Positions 18,295-26,463 of a stretch of 64,000 bases of DNA are shown here, piece by piece (the stretch's first letter is position 1; each line of letters begins with the position of its first letter). The notes under the pieces were generated by a model that worked only from the letters and a program-made list of their open reading frames with translations, was not told the origin of the DNA and did no database searches. This DNA comes from an uncultured bacterium (GTDB lineage Bacteria > Cyanobacteriota > Vampirovibrionia > Gastranaerophilales > Gastranaerophilaceae), in NCBI GenBank assembly GCA_902788575.1, contig CADAKY010000007.1:2743-66742 (forward strand), given 5' to 3'. Position numbers and translations under genes: made by a program.

Positions 18295-20778
18295 ATGGAA
18301 AATATTTTAGAAGGGCTTAATAAAGAACAGACAGAAGCTGCTCAAACAACAGAAGGTGCTTTACTTATTCTGGCGGGTGCAGGAAGCGGAAAAACTAAGG
18401 TTTTGACAACCAGAATCGCATATATGATTCAACATGGTGCTGTTGCCGGAAAAATTCTTGCTGTTACTTTTACAAATAAAGCCGCAAGAGAAATGCGTGA
18501 AAGACTTGCTAAAATGGTGGGCGAAAACATAGTAAAATATATGTGGGTAGGTACTTTTCACAGCATTTGCGGTCGTATATTAAGACAAGATATTGAGAAT
18601 TATTCCTTCCAATCAGGCAAAAAGCTTGATAAGAATTTTACAATTTATGATGAAACAGACTCGCTTGCAATAATAAAACAAGGAATTAAGAAAATTAATC
18701 TTGATGACAAAATTTATCAACCTAAGCTTATTAAGGCAATCATTTCAAATGCAAAAAACAAAATGCAGGATGCGTATACATTTGCAACCTTTGCGCGAGA
18801 TTTTAAGTCTCAAAATATTGCCAAAGTTTTTGAGTTTTATGAAAATGCTCTTAATAACAATAACGCAATAGATTTTGACGATATGCTGATGCTTTGTGTT
18901 AAGCTTTTGGAGCAGAATCCCGAGGTAAGAACAAAGTATTACAACAAATTCCAGCACATACTTGTTGATGAATATCAAGATACAAATCAGGCGCAGTATC
19001 AGCTTGTTAAAGCTCTTTACACCAATCTTTCACCGGAGCTTCCGCCTGAAAGTCGTTCTCTTTGCGTTGTAGGTGATATTGACCAGTCAATTTATTCATG
19101 GCGTGGTGCGGATTTCAGGATAATAATGAATTTTCAAAAAGATTTTCCGAACGCTAAATTAGTTAAACTTGAACAAAACTATCGTTCTACCGCAAATATT
19201 TTGAACGCGGCTAATGCAATCATCGAAAATAATGAAGAACGTGTGGAAAAAGTTCTTTATTCTCAAAAAGGTGATGGGGAGAAGATTTCGCTGTATGAAG
19301 CACAGGATGAAGCGGATGAAGCGAATTATATTGTTCGATCAATAAGAGACACTTCTGAAAACTATAATCAATTTGCTATTCTTTACCGTACAAACAATCA
19401 GTCACGTGCTTTAGAAGAAGCTTTGATTGCGGCAGGAATTCCTTATCGAATTTACGGCGGGCTAAAATTCTATGACAGAAAAGAGATTAAAGATGCTATA
19501 GCATATCTGAAACTTGTTCATAATCCGGATGATTCTCAGTCATTAAGGAGGATAATAAACGTTCCTAAGCGTGCAATCGGTGAAACTACGCTAAAACACT
19601 TGCAGGAATATGCGGATGATAATGACATAAGTTTATTTACAGCAATAATTGATGTTGATAACATTGAAACGATTAAATCAGGTACTGCTGCTAAATTAAA
19701 AGATTTTGCAGCTCTGATTAATAAGTTTAAAGAAATTCAGGACAGATATTCTCTTCCGGAGTTTTTGGGATTAATATTGGAAAAAAGCGGATACTTAAGA
19801 GAATTGCAAAACTCGGGTACTGACGAGGATGAAGTAAGAATCGAGAACCTTCAAGAACTTGTAAACGTTGCTAATGAGTTTGAACCGGAAGAACAAGATA
19901 ATATTTTGGGAGAATTTCTTACTCAGGTTTCATTAGTTTCCGATATTGACGGAATGGACGAAATAGCTAACAATGTTACGCTGATGACGTTACACGCTTC
20001 TAAAGGTCTTGAATTTCCTATAGTATTTTTAGCCGGATGTGATGAAGGTATTTTCCCGTCTGCAAGATGCTCTAACACTCTTTCTGAATTGGAGGAAGAA
20101 CGCAGACTTATGTATGTAGGCGTTACAAGAGCAGAAAATAAATTGTATCTTACAACTGCAAAACGCCGCCAAATGTGGGGCGAATACAAATACTATACTC
20201 CAAGCAGATTCTTAGATGAAATACCGGCTCAGCTTTTAGATGAAGAAGAATCGTCGGAAACTTATGAAGATAGAAGTACATTCAGAAGTGCCGTAAAATC
20301 TGTTTCTTCCGGTACTAACAAGTATAAAACATCTTCTGTTTCTGCAAATTCTGACGGATATATTAAACCGACAACGGGGTTCGGTTCATCATTCGTTGCG
20401 CCCAAGGTTAATAAGACAACTGATGTTGTTAAACGTACTCCGTCAAGAATGATTATTAAAAAGAATCCGATTAACAAAGAGCGTGAAGAGGAAAAGCTCA
20501 AAAAATTCTTTGAAGATAACGTTATGAAACGTAAGATTGAAGAACATAAAAAGGAGCAAAAACGTCTTGCCGAAGAGCAGGAAAAAGCAAAAGAGTTAAA
20601 AGAAAGCGCAACTCAATACTACTTTAATATCGGAGAAAGAGTATTCCACGAAAAACTCGGCATTGGTCATATCACAGACGTTATACAAATCGGCGACAGT
20701 ACTATGTACACGATTGATTTCGGGAAACTTGGCAAAAAAGCAATGGATGCCGCTTACGCTCATTTAAAGAAATTTTAA
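18295..20778 (+). CDS. pcrA: ATP-dependent DNA helicase PcrA/UvrD
   Basis: AGAGSGKT, VDEYQDTN, LEQNYRST, TLHASKGLEF, EEERRLMYVGVTRA, C-terminal Tudor-like domain. Confidence 0.96.
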   Translation: MENILEGLNKEQTEAAQTTEGALLILAGAGSGKTKVLTTRIAYMIQHGAVAGKILAVTFTNKAAREMRERLAKMVGENIVKYMWVGTFHSICGRILRQDIENYSFQSGKKLDKNFTIYDETDSLAIIKQGIKKINLDDKIYQPKLIKAIISNAKNKMQDAYTFATFARDFKSQNIAKVFEFYENALNNNNAIDFDDMLMLCVKLLEQNPEVRTKYYNKFQHILVDEYQDTNQAQYQLVKALYTNLSPELPPESRSLCVVGDIDQSIYSWRGADFRIIMNFQKDFPNAKLVKLEQNYRSTANILNAANAIIENNEERVEKVLYSQKGDGEKISLYEAQDEADEANYIVRSIRDTSENYNQFAILYRTNNQSRALEEALIAAGIPYRIYGGLKFYDRKEIKDAIAYLKLVHNPDDSQSLRRIINVPKRAIGETTLKHLQEYADDNDISLFTAIIDVDNIETIKSGTAAKLKDFAALINKFKEIQDRYSLPEFLGLILEKSGYLRELQNSGTDEDEVRIENLQELVNVANEFEPEEQDNILGEFLTQVSLVSDIDGMDEIANNVTLMTLHASKGLEFPIVFLAGCDEGIFPSARCSNTLSELEEERRLMYVGVTRAENKLYLTTAKRRQMWGEYKYYTPSRFLDEIPAQLLDEEESSETYEDRSTFRSAVKSVSSGTNKYKTSSVSANSDGYIKPTTGFGSSFVAPKVNKTTDVVKRTPSRMIIKKNPINKEREEEKLKKFFEDNVMKRKIEEHKKEQKRLAEEQEKAKELKESATQYYFNIGERVFHEKLGIGHITDVIQIGDSTMYTIDFGKLGKKAMDAAYAHLKKF

Positions 20779-22142
20779 GATGTTATCAAATACCAGGTAA
20801 CAAGCGTTAAATAAATTGCAAGCCCTATAACGTCAATTGTAGTAGCAATAACCGGACCTGATGCTACAGCAGGATCAATTTTCATTTTCTTTAATACAAG
20901 CGGTGTACAGGTTCCAATCATTGTTGCAATTGTCATATTTAAACACATTGCTAAACCTACAATCATTCCCAATTCTACGTTATGTTTCCAGCCGATTGTT
21001 ACTCCCATAACCAAAAGCCCGAATATTATACCGATACTCAAACCTGTCATTGTTTCTCTAAGAATATATTTCCAGCCGGAACTTAGTGTAATAAGTCCTG
21101 TAGACATACCACGAACCATAAGGGTTATACTTTGCGTACCGATATTTCCGCCCAAACCTGCAAGAAGAGGCATAAATGCAGCAATTACAGGAAGCGCAGA
21201 GAACGTTTTATCGTACTTGCTTGTAATAGTTACAGCAATAAATTCTCCGATTAGTGTTATAAATAACCAAGGAACTCTTGCTTTTATTGCGTGTCCGAGA
21301 CTTCCCGTAAGGACATCGTCATCATCATCACCCAAATCCGTAACGATACCTGAAGATTGAAGGATTTCGTCAGTTGTTTCTTCTTCAACGATGTATTGCG
21401 CATCATCCCAAGTTACAATACCTTTAAGTCTGTCATACAAATCTACTACAGGAAGAGCATTAAACTGGTATTTCATAAATACATCGGCAATGTGGTCCTG
21501 ATAGTCATCAACGTGAATTTTTACAATATCTTTTGACATAATATCTTCAATATTCAAATGTTCAGGAGATGTCATAAGACTTCTGAGTGATAAAACCCCT
21601 ACAAGATGGTCATTTTTATCGACAACATAAGCGTAATAAAGCTCCATATTTTCTTTTTCAGCTTTAATACGTATGGTGTCAAGCGCCTCTTTTACAGTCA
21701 TATTGTTGTACACAGTGAGTACAAGCGGGTTCATGATACCGCCGGCTGTATCTTCATTGTATGTTAAAAGTTCTTGAACTTCAGATGAAAACTTTTGAGG
21801 TAGATTTTCCAAGAAAGCTTCCGTCTCATCTTCTTCCATGTTACCTAAGACATCGGCAGCCTCATCGTGCGGAAGTTTTGAAACGAGTCTTGATGCAAGA
21901 TTTTCATCAATGTCGCCCAATATTTCAACCTGAAGCTGAGGAGGTAAATATTCAATGACATCGGAAGCCAATTCTTCGTTAATATTTGTAATACAATCAA
22001 GACGTTCTTCCGGTTTTAATTCCTGAAAAATATCCGCAAGGTCGGCTGAGTGATAACTTTCCAATTCATCTCTGAGTTGTGCGTTATCACCGTTTTCAAT
22101 AAGTTCCCGAATTCTGTCTATTGTATTTTCAATATTTATCAT
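20775..22142 (-). CDS. mgtE: Magnesium transporter MgtE
   Basis: MgtE N domain, CBS pair, GGNIGTQS, IDPAVASGPVIATTIDV. Confidence 0.96.
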   Translation of the reverse strand: MINIENTIDRIRELIENGDNAQLRDELESYHSADLADIFQELKPEERLDCITNINEELASDVIEYLPPQLQVEILGDIDENLASRLVSKLPHDEAADVLGNMEEDETEAFLENLPQKFSSEVQELLTYNEDTAGGIMNPLVLTVYNNMTVKEALDTIRIKAEKENMELYYAYVVDKNDHLVGVLSLRSLMTSPEHLNIEDIMSKDIVKIHVDDYQDHIADVFMKYQFNALPVVDLYDRLKGIVTWDDAQYIVEEETTDEILQSSGIVTDLGDDDDDVLTGSLGHAIKARVPWLFITLIGEFIAVTITSKYDKTFSALPVIAAFMPLLAGLGGNIGTQSITLMVRGMSTGLITLSSGWKYILRETMTGLSIGIIFGLLVMGVTIGWKHNVELGMIVGLAMCLNMTIATMIGTCTPLVLKKMKIDPAVASGPVIATTIDVIGLAIYLTLVTWYLITS

Positions 22143-22157
22143 TTTTCACTCTTTTTA

Positions 22158-22658
22158 TTATCTGTAATTTGTGAACTGGAGCGGAATGTCATATTTGTCT
22201 TCGTTTTTTCTCAATGTTTGTATAACTTCCTGTAAATCGTCTCTGCTTTTACCCGAAACTCTGACTTGTTCTCCCTGAATTGAAGCTTGAACTTTCAGCT
22301 TTGTGTCTTTAATATCTGAGACAATTTTTTTTGCAAGTTCTTGTGACAGTCCTTTTTTAAGGTTAAATATTTGTCTTACGTTTCCACCCAAAGCGTTTTC
22401 TACAGGCTGTGCGTCAAGAATTTTTATGCTTAATCCTCTTTTTACAAGTTTTGATTGAAGGATTTCAAAAATATTTCTTAATTTCATTTCATCATTTGTA
22501 GTAATTGTGACTGTTTTATCACCTTCCAAATCTACTGATGAATTTGAATTTTTTAAATCAAAACGTGATGTTAAATCTCTTTTAACCTGATCAATAGCGT
22601 TAACTAATTCTTGTTTATCAAATTCTGAAACAATATCAAAACTGCAGTCTTTTGCCAT
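22158..22658 (-). CDS. yajQ: YajQ family nucleotide/c-di-GMP-binding protein
   Basis: SFDIVSE, KVQASIQGEQVRVSGKSRDDLQ, LQFTNYR. Confidence 0.96.
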   Translation of the reverse strand: MAKDCSFDIVSEFDKQELVNAIDQVKRDLTSRFDLKNSNSSVDLEGDKTVTITTNDEMKLRNIFEILQSKLVKRGLSIKILDAQPVENALGGNVRQIFNLKKGLSQELAKKIVSDIKDTKLKVQASIQGEQVRVSGKSRDDLQEVIQTLRKNEDKYDIPLQFTNYR

Positions 22659-22738
22659 AAAAAAACTCCTATATTTAGTACTTTATTATTCTAGCATAAA
22701 TACAAAGGAGTTTTTTAACTTAATTATTTTATAAAAAT

Positions 22739-22966
22739 TTACCCGCCGAAGAATGTGTTGACAATTTTTTGCCAGAATGACGGTTTAACTTCATTTCTTG
22801 GCACCTGCTGAACGCGTATCGGATATTCTGCAAAATAAGGCTGTTTCTGAAAACAATCTTCGCATCCGTATTGATTTTCCAGATTCTGGATTACACTGCC
22901 TTTATGCCTCATATTTCCGTACATTTGGGTTTGCGGCTGATTGTACATTCCGATTCCAATAGTCAT
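22739..22966 (-). CDS. Small hypothetical protein (75 aa, CxxC)
   Basis: AAAGGTG RBS, upstream GCAATT motif, YGCEDCF. Confidence 0.65.
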   Translation of the reverse strand: MTIGIGMYNQPQTQMYGNMRHKGSVIQNLENQYGCEDCFQKQPYFAEYPIRVQQVPRNEVKPSFWQKIVNTFFGG

Positions 22967-22998
22967 ATTTACACCTTTACTTTTTTACTACACACTTA

Positions 22999-23027
22999 TA
23001 TAAAGTATTTTTTTTATTAAAAATTGC
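22999..23027 (-). promoter_or_regulatory. GCAATT-N15-ACTTTATA motif, copy 3
   Basis: Minus strand GCAATT-tttaataaaaaaaat-ACTTTATA, 32 nt upstream of ATG 22966. Confidence 0.65.
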
Positions 23028-23041
23028 CTTTATTGACCTTT

Positions 23042-23059
23042 AATGTAAACTTTTGTAAC
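23042..23059. promoter_or_regulatory. HLR1-like direct repeat (perfect)
   Basis: Minus strand GTTACAAA-ag-TTTACATT. Confidence 0.65.
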
Positions 23060-23062
23060 AAT

Positions 23063-23309
23063 ACCCTCCCCTTGAGATTCAGCCGAGAAAATAATTAAGT
23101 AACGGAGAGGTCAGGCGAAATCTTCGATTTCGGGGTGGGGAAATAAAAGATTTCACCCCACACCCGCATTTGTACGGCTCCTTTGTTGCCTACAACTGCG
23201 ACCTCTCCCTCAAGGGGCGAGGTTCTTCACTCCTTCTCCGAGGGAGCATTAGTATCAAATAAAAGATTTTGCAATCAAACTACCCTCCCCCGTGGAGAGG
23301 GGTTGGGAT
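23063..23309. repeat. GC-rich REP/REPIN-like palindromic element flanked by a 19-bp direct repeat
   Basis: Inverted units CCCTCCCCTTGAG...GGAGAGGTC...GGGGTGGGG and CCCCACACCC...GACCTCTCCCTCAAGGGGCGAGG; TGTAAACTTTTGTAACAAT at 23044-23062 and 23310-23328. Confidence 0.7.
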
Positions 23310-23325
23310 TGTAAACTTTTGTAAC
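23308..23325. promoter_or_regulatory. HLR1-like direct repeat (perfect)
   Basis: Minus strand GTTACAAA-ag-TTTACAAT, 17 bp upstream of the sigma-28 -35. Confidence 0.7.
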
Positions 23326-23342
23326 AATTTTTCTAAAAATCC

Positions 23343-23369
23343 TAAAGTTTTTAGGAAAAATGCCGATAA
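23343..23369 (+). promoter_or_regulatory. Sigma-28/FliA-type promoter (perfect consensus)
   Basis: TAAAGTTT-ttaggaaaaat-GCCGATAA, 32 nt upstream of ATG 23402. Confidence 0.88.
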
Positions 23370-23401
23370 CATACATGGAAAAATAAAATATCGGAGGGAT
23401 T

Positions 23402-24745
23402 ATGTCAGTAAACGTAAACAGCATCACAGATTCTTACAACGCTTGGTATGACTACAAATACGGCGGAAATACCAGAGGTATATCAGCAAGTGAAATTTCC
23501 GATATTGAAACACGCTGGAAGAGCAATTTGAAAAGCTGGGAAGCTCAGGCTGCAAAAGACGAAAACAAATACGAAATCTCCGATGATGATTTCTCATCCT
23601 CCAAAGCGCAAGGCAAACAAAACGCTAAAGACCAAACCGGCTGCAGCGGCAAAAAAGGCGGTATGATTGCCCGCGGAGCTGCTGATGCAGTAGTCTCAGT
23701 TGGCGGTGCATTAGCACAGGCTCCAGGAACATTTCTAAATAAAGCAATTGAACCTATTGCTCCTGGAAAAGGACCTTGGATTATTACAGCTCCGCTTGCA
23801 TTAGCTGTAGGTATAGCTTATCAGGCTAAAAAGCCAAATAAGGATGAACATGAAGCTGCTGTTGAACTTCGTGATGATATGCTGCCAAATGCGCAGGGGG
23901 ATTTATCAGAAGCTCAGGCAGTTATGGACGAAGCAACAGAAAATGTTATTGAGCTTTCGGAAGAAGCAAATGACGTTAATGAAGACGCGAATGAAACTAT
24001 TGAAGAAAATAAAACCCGATTTGACCAATACAGAGGTGCATTAGTTGAACTGCAGGAAAAAGCAAAATCCGGTGAAAAACTCACCGATTCAGAAAAAGAA
24101 CTGTATCAGGAATTAGTTCCTTCTTTGCAGGATTTGGGTGAAGGCATACAAGAAACTGCTGAAGATGTCGGAGAAGAAGTAACGGATTTGCGTGATGATA
24201 TAGGTTCGTATCAATCCGAGTATGATTCAGCCGCTGATACTATTGCAGAAGTACAAGGCTTAACCGATTATGCTGCGGGATTTGATGAAACGGCACAAAT
24301 TATGACATACGTTGAAGCTGTATCACAAGGGTTAAATGTTGCAACCGGTACGCAGGCAGCACTACAAGCAGGAAAATATGCTTTAAGCCATAATATAGCA
24401 GGTGCTTGGGCTTGGGCATTCGTAGGTATGGGTACAGCCGGAGCAGTGATGAGTGGCTTAGGTGCTGCTGAACAGTATAAATGGGCGGGCGATATCGGTC
24501 AGGAAATTGATCTCAGAGAAGCAACGCAGGATTTTGGATCGCAAACATTAGATTCATATAATGATCAAATAGATATTTATGATGACAATATTGCTATAGT
24601 TGAAGATTTGGAAGTAGCAATTCCGGATGATTTGGAAATACCTGAAGAAATTCCTGAGATGGGTGAAACAGATTCAACGTCTGATTCTCCGATGTTAGCT
24701 CAACAAGAAGACGACAAGAAAAAAGATAAAGAAGAAAAGGCATAA
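23402..24745 (+). CDS. Hypothetical acidic coiled-coil protein with Gly/Ala-rich hydrophobic segments
   Basis: GGAGG RBS; long helical core flanked by GPWIITAPLALAVGIAY and NIAGAWAWAFVGMGTAGAVMSGLGAA. Confidence 0.85.
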   Translation: MSVNVNSITDSYNAWYDYKYGGNTRGISASEISDIETRWKSNLKSWEAQAAKDENKYEISDDDFSSSKAQGKQNAKDQTGCSGKKGGMIARGAADAVVSVGGALAQAPGTFLNKAIEPIAPGKGPWIITAPLALAVGIAYQAKKPNKDEHEAAVELRDDMLPNAQGDLSEAQAVMDEATENVIELSEEANDVNEDANETIEENKTRFDQYRGALVELQEKAKSGEKLTDSEKELYQELVPSLQDLGEGIQETAEDVGEEVTDLRDDIGSYQSEYDSAADTIAEVQGLTDYAAGFDETAQIMTYVEAVSQGLNVATGTQAALQAGKYALSHNIAGAWAWAFVGMGTAGAVMSGLGAAEQYKWAGDIGQEIDLREATQDFGSQTLDSYNDQIDIYDDNIAIVEDLEVAIPDDLEIPEEIPEMGETDSTSDSPMLAQQEDDKKKDKEEKA

Positions 24746-24756
24746 GGTATATTTTA

Positions 24757-24855
24757 CCCCTCACCCTGTTTTCTAACTTTCTGTTCACACCTCAAGCTGA
24801 AAACAGACCTCTCCCTCAAGGGGCGAGGATATACCCCTTCTCCAAGGGGGAAGGC
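24757..24855. repeat. Second REP-like element (may also act as terminator)
   Basis: CCCCTCACCC-TGTTTTC...GAAAACA-GACCTCTCCCTCAAGGGGCGAGG; 23 bp at 24806-24828 identical to 23200-23222. Confidence 0.7.
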
Positions 24856-24885
24856 AGAAAATCAATTTGAGCCTTAAGGCATTTT

Positions 24886-26232
24886 CTACGACAATTGTTC
24901 AGTGCTTTCTTCTTCCGGCTCTTTAAATATCTCAAGCTGGGTAATTCTTGCACCATCAACTTCTTTTACGGTAAATGTTAAGCCTTTATATGTTACTTTG
25001 TCATCTTTTACTGCAATTCTGCCCAATAATTTAACTACAAGACCGGCTATTGTTTCAACATCATCTTCTTCAAGCAAGTTTTCATTAAGTCCAAAGAATT
25101 CCGCAAGTTCATCCAGTCGAATCATAGCGTTTGCTAGATAAGTGTTTTCTGCAATTTTTTCGATGTTTACTTCTTCTTCGTCTTCATCAAATTCATCCTG
25201 AACTTCACCAATGATTTCTTCCAAAACATCTTCCAATGTAATAAGACCTGCAGTTCCGCCGAATTCATCGACAACTACCGCCATTTGAGCTCTTTGCTCT
25301 TTAAAATCTCTCATCAGATTATCAAGAGTCATAGTTTCTGGAACAAGAATAATCGGACGAATCAGTTTATCAAGAGAATATTCTTCTTTTGTCATTGCTA
25401 AAGTATACAAATCTTTAACGTGTACAAAACCGATAATTTTATCAATATTTTCTTCTTCATAAACAGGATATCTTGTGTATCGGTTTTCCAATGCAATTTT
25501 ATTTAATTCATCATAAGTTATGTCACTTGGCACGCAAACCATATCTGTGCGCGGAATCATTACCTGTTTTGCCATCAAATCCGAAAACTTGAACATATTG
25601 TGCAGAATTTCGGCTTCCGTTTCATTTAATTCACCTTCATTGAAGCTTTCCTCAACAAGTTTGTCCAACTCTTCCGAAGAATGGACAAGTGATGAATCAT
25701 TGTCATCAATATGCAATGCTTTCAAAATTAAATTTCCCGAAATTTCCAAAAGCCAGACAAACGGCTTAAACAATGTCATAAACCAATTCATCGGCGAGGC
25801 AATAACAAGAGCAAAGGCTTCTGTATGCTCTAATGCCAGACATTTCGGAAGCTGCTCACCCAAAAGAACATGGAAAAATGTAACAAGAACAAATGATACA
25901 GGAACCGCAATTACGTGCACTGCATACTGTCCGTTTATAAAAGGTAAGATTTCTATAATAGGCTTAATAACCTGTACAATAGTAGCTTCTGCAACCCAAC
26001 CTAAAGCGATACTTGCAATTGTAACACCAAGCTGTGCAGCAGCAAGCATTCTGTTCATATTTGCAGTAATCTTCATTGCTTTTTTTGCTGATTTGCTGCC
26101 TTCTTCAACAAGCTGTTCCAAACGTGTTTTTCTGATTTTTACAAGAGAAAACTCTGCTGCAACAAAAAAACCGTTTACGAAAAGTAAAAATAATATTATA
26201 AACAAATTAATAAATATATCCGACGGGTTCAT
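24886..26232 (-). CDS. Hemolysin/CNNM family (DUF21-CBS-CorC) protein
   Basis: NGFFVAAEFSLV, QLGVTIASIALGW, VVDEFGGTAGLITLEDVLEEIIGE. Confidence 0.93.
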   Translation of the reverse strand: MNPSDIFINLFIILFLLFVNGFFVAAEFSLVKIRKTRLEQLVEEGSKSAKKAMKITANMNRMLAAAQLGVTIASIALGWVAEATIVQVIKPIIEILPFINGQYAVHVIAVPVSFVLVTFFHVLLGEQLPKCLALEHTEAFALVIASPMNWFMTLFKPFVWLLEISGNLILKALHIDDNDSSLVHSSEELDKLVEESFNEGELNETEAEILHNMFKFSDLMAKQVMIPRTDMVCVPSDITYDELNKIALENRYTRYPVYEEENIDKIIGFVHVKDLYTLAMTKEEYSLDKLIRPIILVPETMTLDNLMRDFKEQRAQMAVVVDEFGGTAGLITLEDVLEEIIGEVQDEFDEDEEEVNIEKIAENTYLANAMIRLDELAEFFGLNENLLEEDDVETIAGLVVKLLGRIAVKDDKVTYKGLTFTVKEVDGARITQLEIFKEPEEESTEQLS

Positions 26233-26329
26233 TTAATTTTCAAATATTCCTTTAAATTACAATTATAATATTACAATACTTGAAAAGATTTTGCAAATAA
26301 CCGGATTTTGTACTATTCTTAGATTATAC

Positions 26330-26403
26330 CTCCTTGTAGCTCAGTCGGATAGAGCGTGGGTCTCCGAAGCCCAAGGTCGTGGGTTCAATTCCCGCCAAGG
26401 AGG
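26330..26403 (+). tRNA. tRNA-Arg(CCG), CCA not encoded
   Basis: Acceptor CTCCTTG/CAAGGAG, D arm GCTC/GAGC, anticodon arm TGGGT-CTCCGAA-GCCCA, T arm GTGGG-TTCAATT-CCCGC. Confidence 0.95.
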
Positions 26404-26463
26404 TTTTATATTTAGAAATAATATGCTATACTATAGTGTGGAATTGATAAAGGACTGAGTTTC

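Noticed and set aside
23044-23328. Possible mini CRISPR array (direct repeats with spacer)
   Set aside because: Only two 19-bp repeats separated by 247 bp; no cas genes.
23269-23451. 60-aa ORF upstream of the 447-aa orphan
   Set aside because: Starts at TTG inside the REP-like element and runs across the promoter; no RBS.
25520-26236. 238-aa plus-strand ORF and the many other overlapping ORFs in the track (e.g. 44838-45425, 16931-17374, 48601-48981)
   Set aside because: Antisense or alternate-frame shadows of well-supported genes, with Ser/Ile-rich composition typical of reverse-complement codons and no RBS.
26330-26463. tRNA-Arg as an integration site for an island
   Set aside because: No integrase, no duplicated tRNA 3' end seen, and flanking genes look native.
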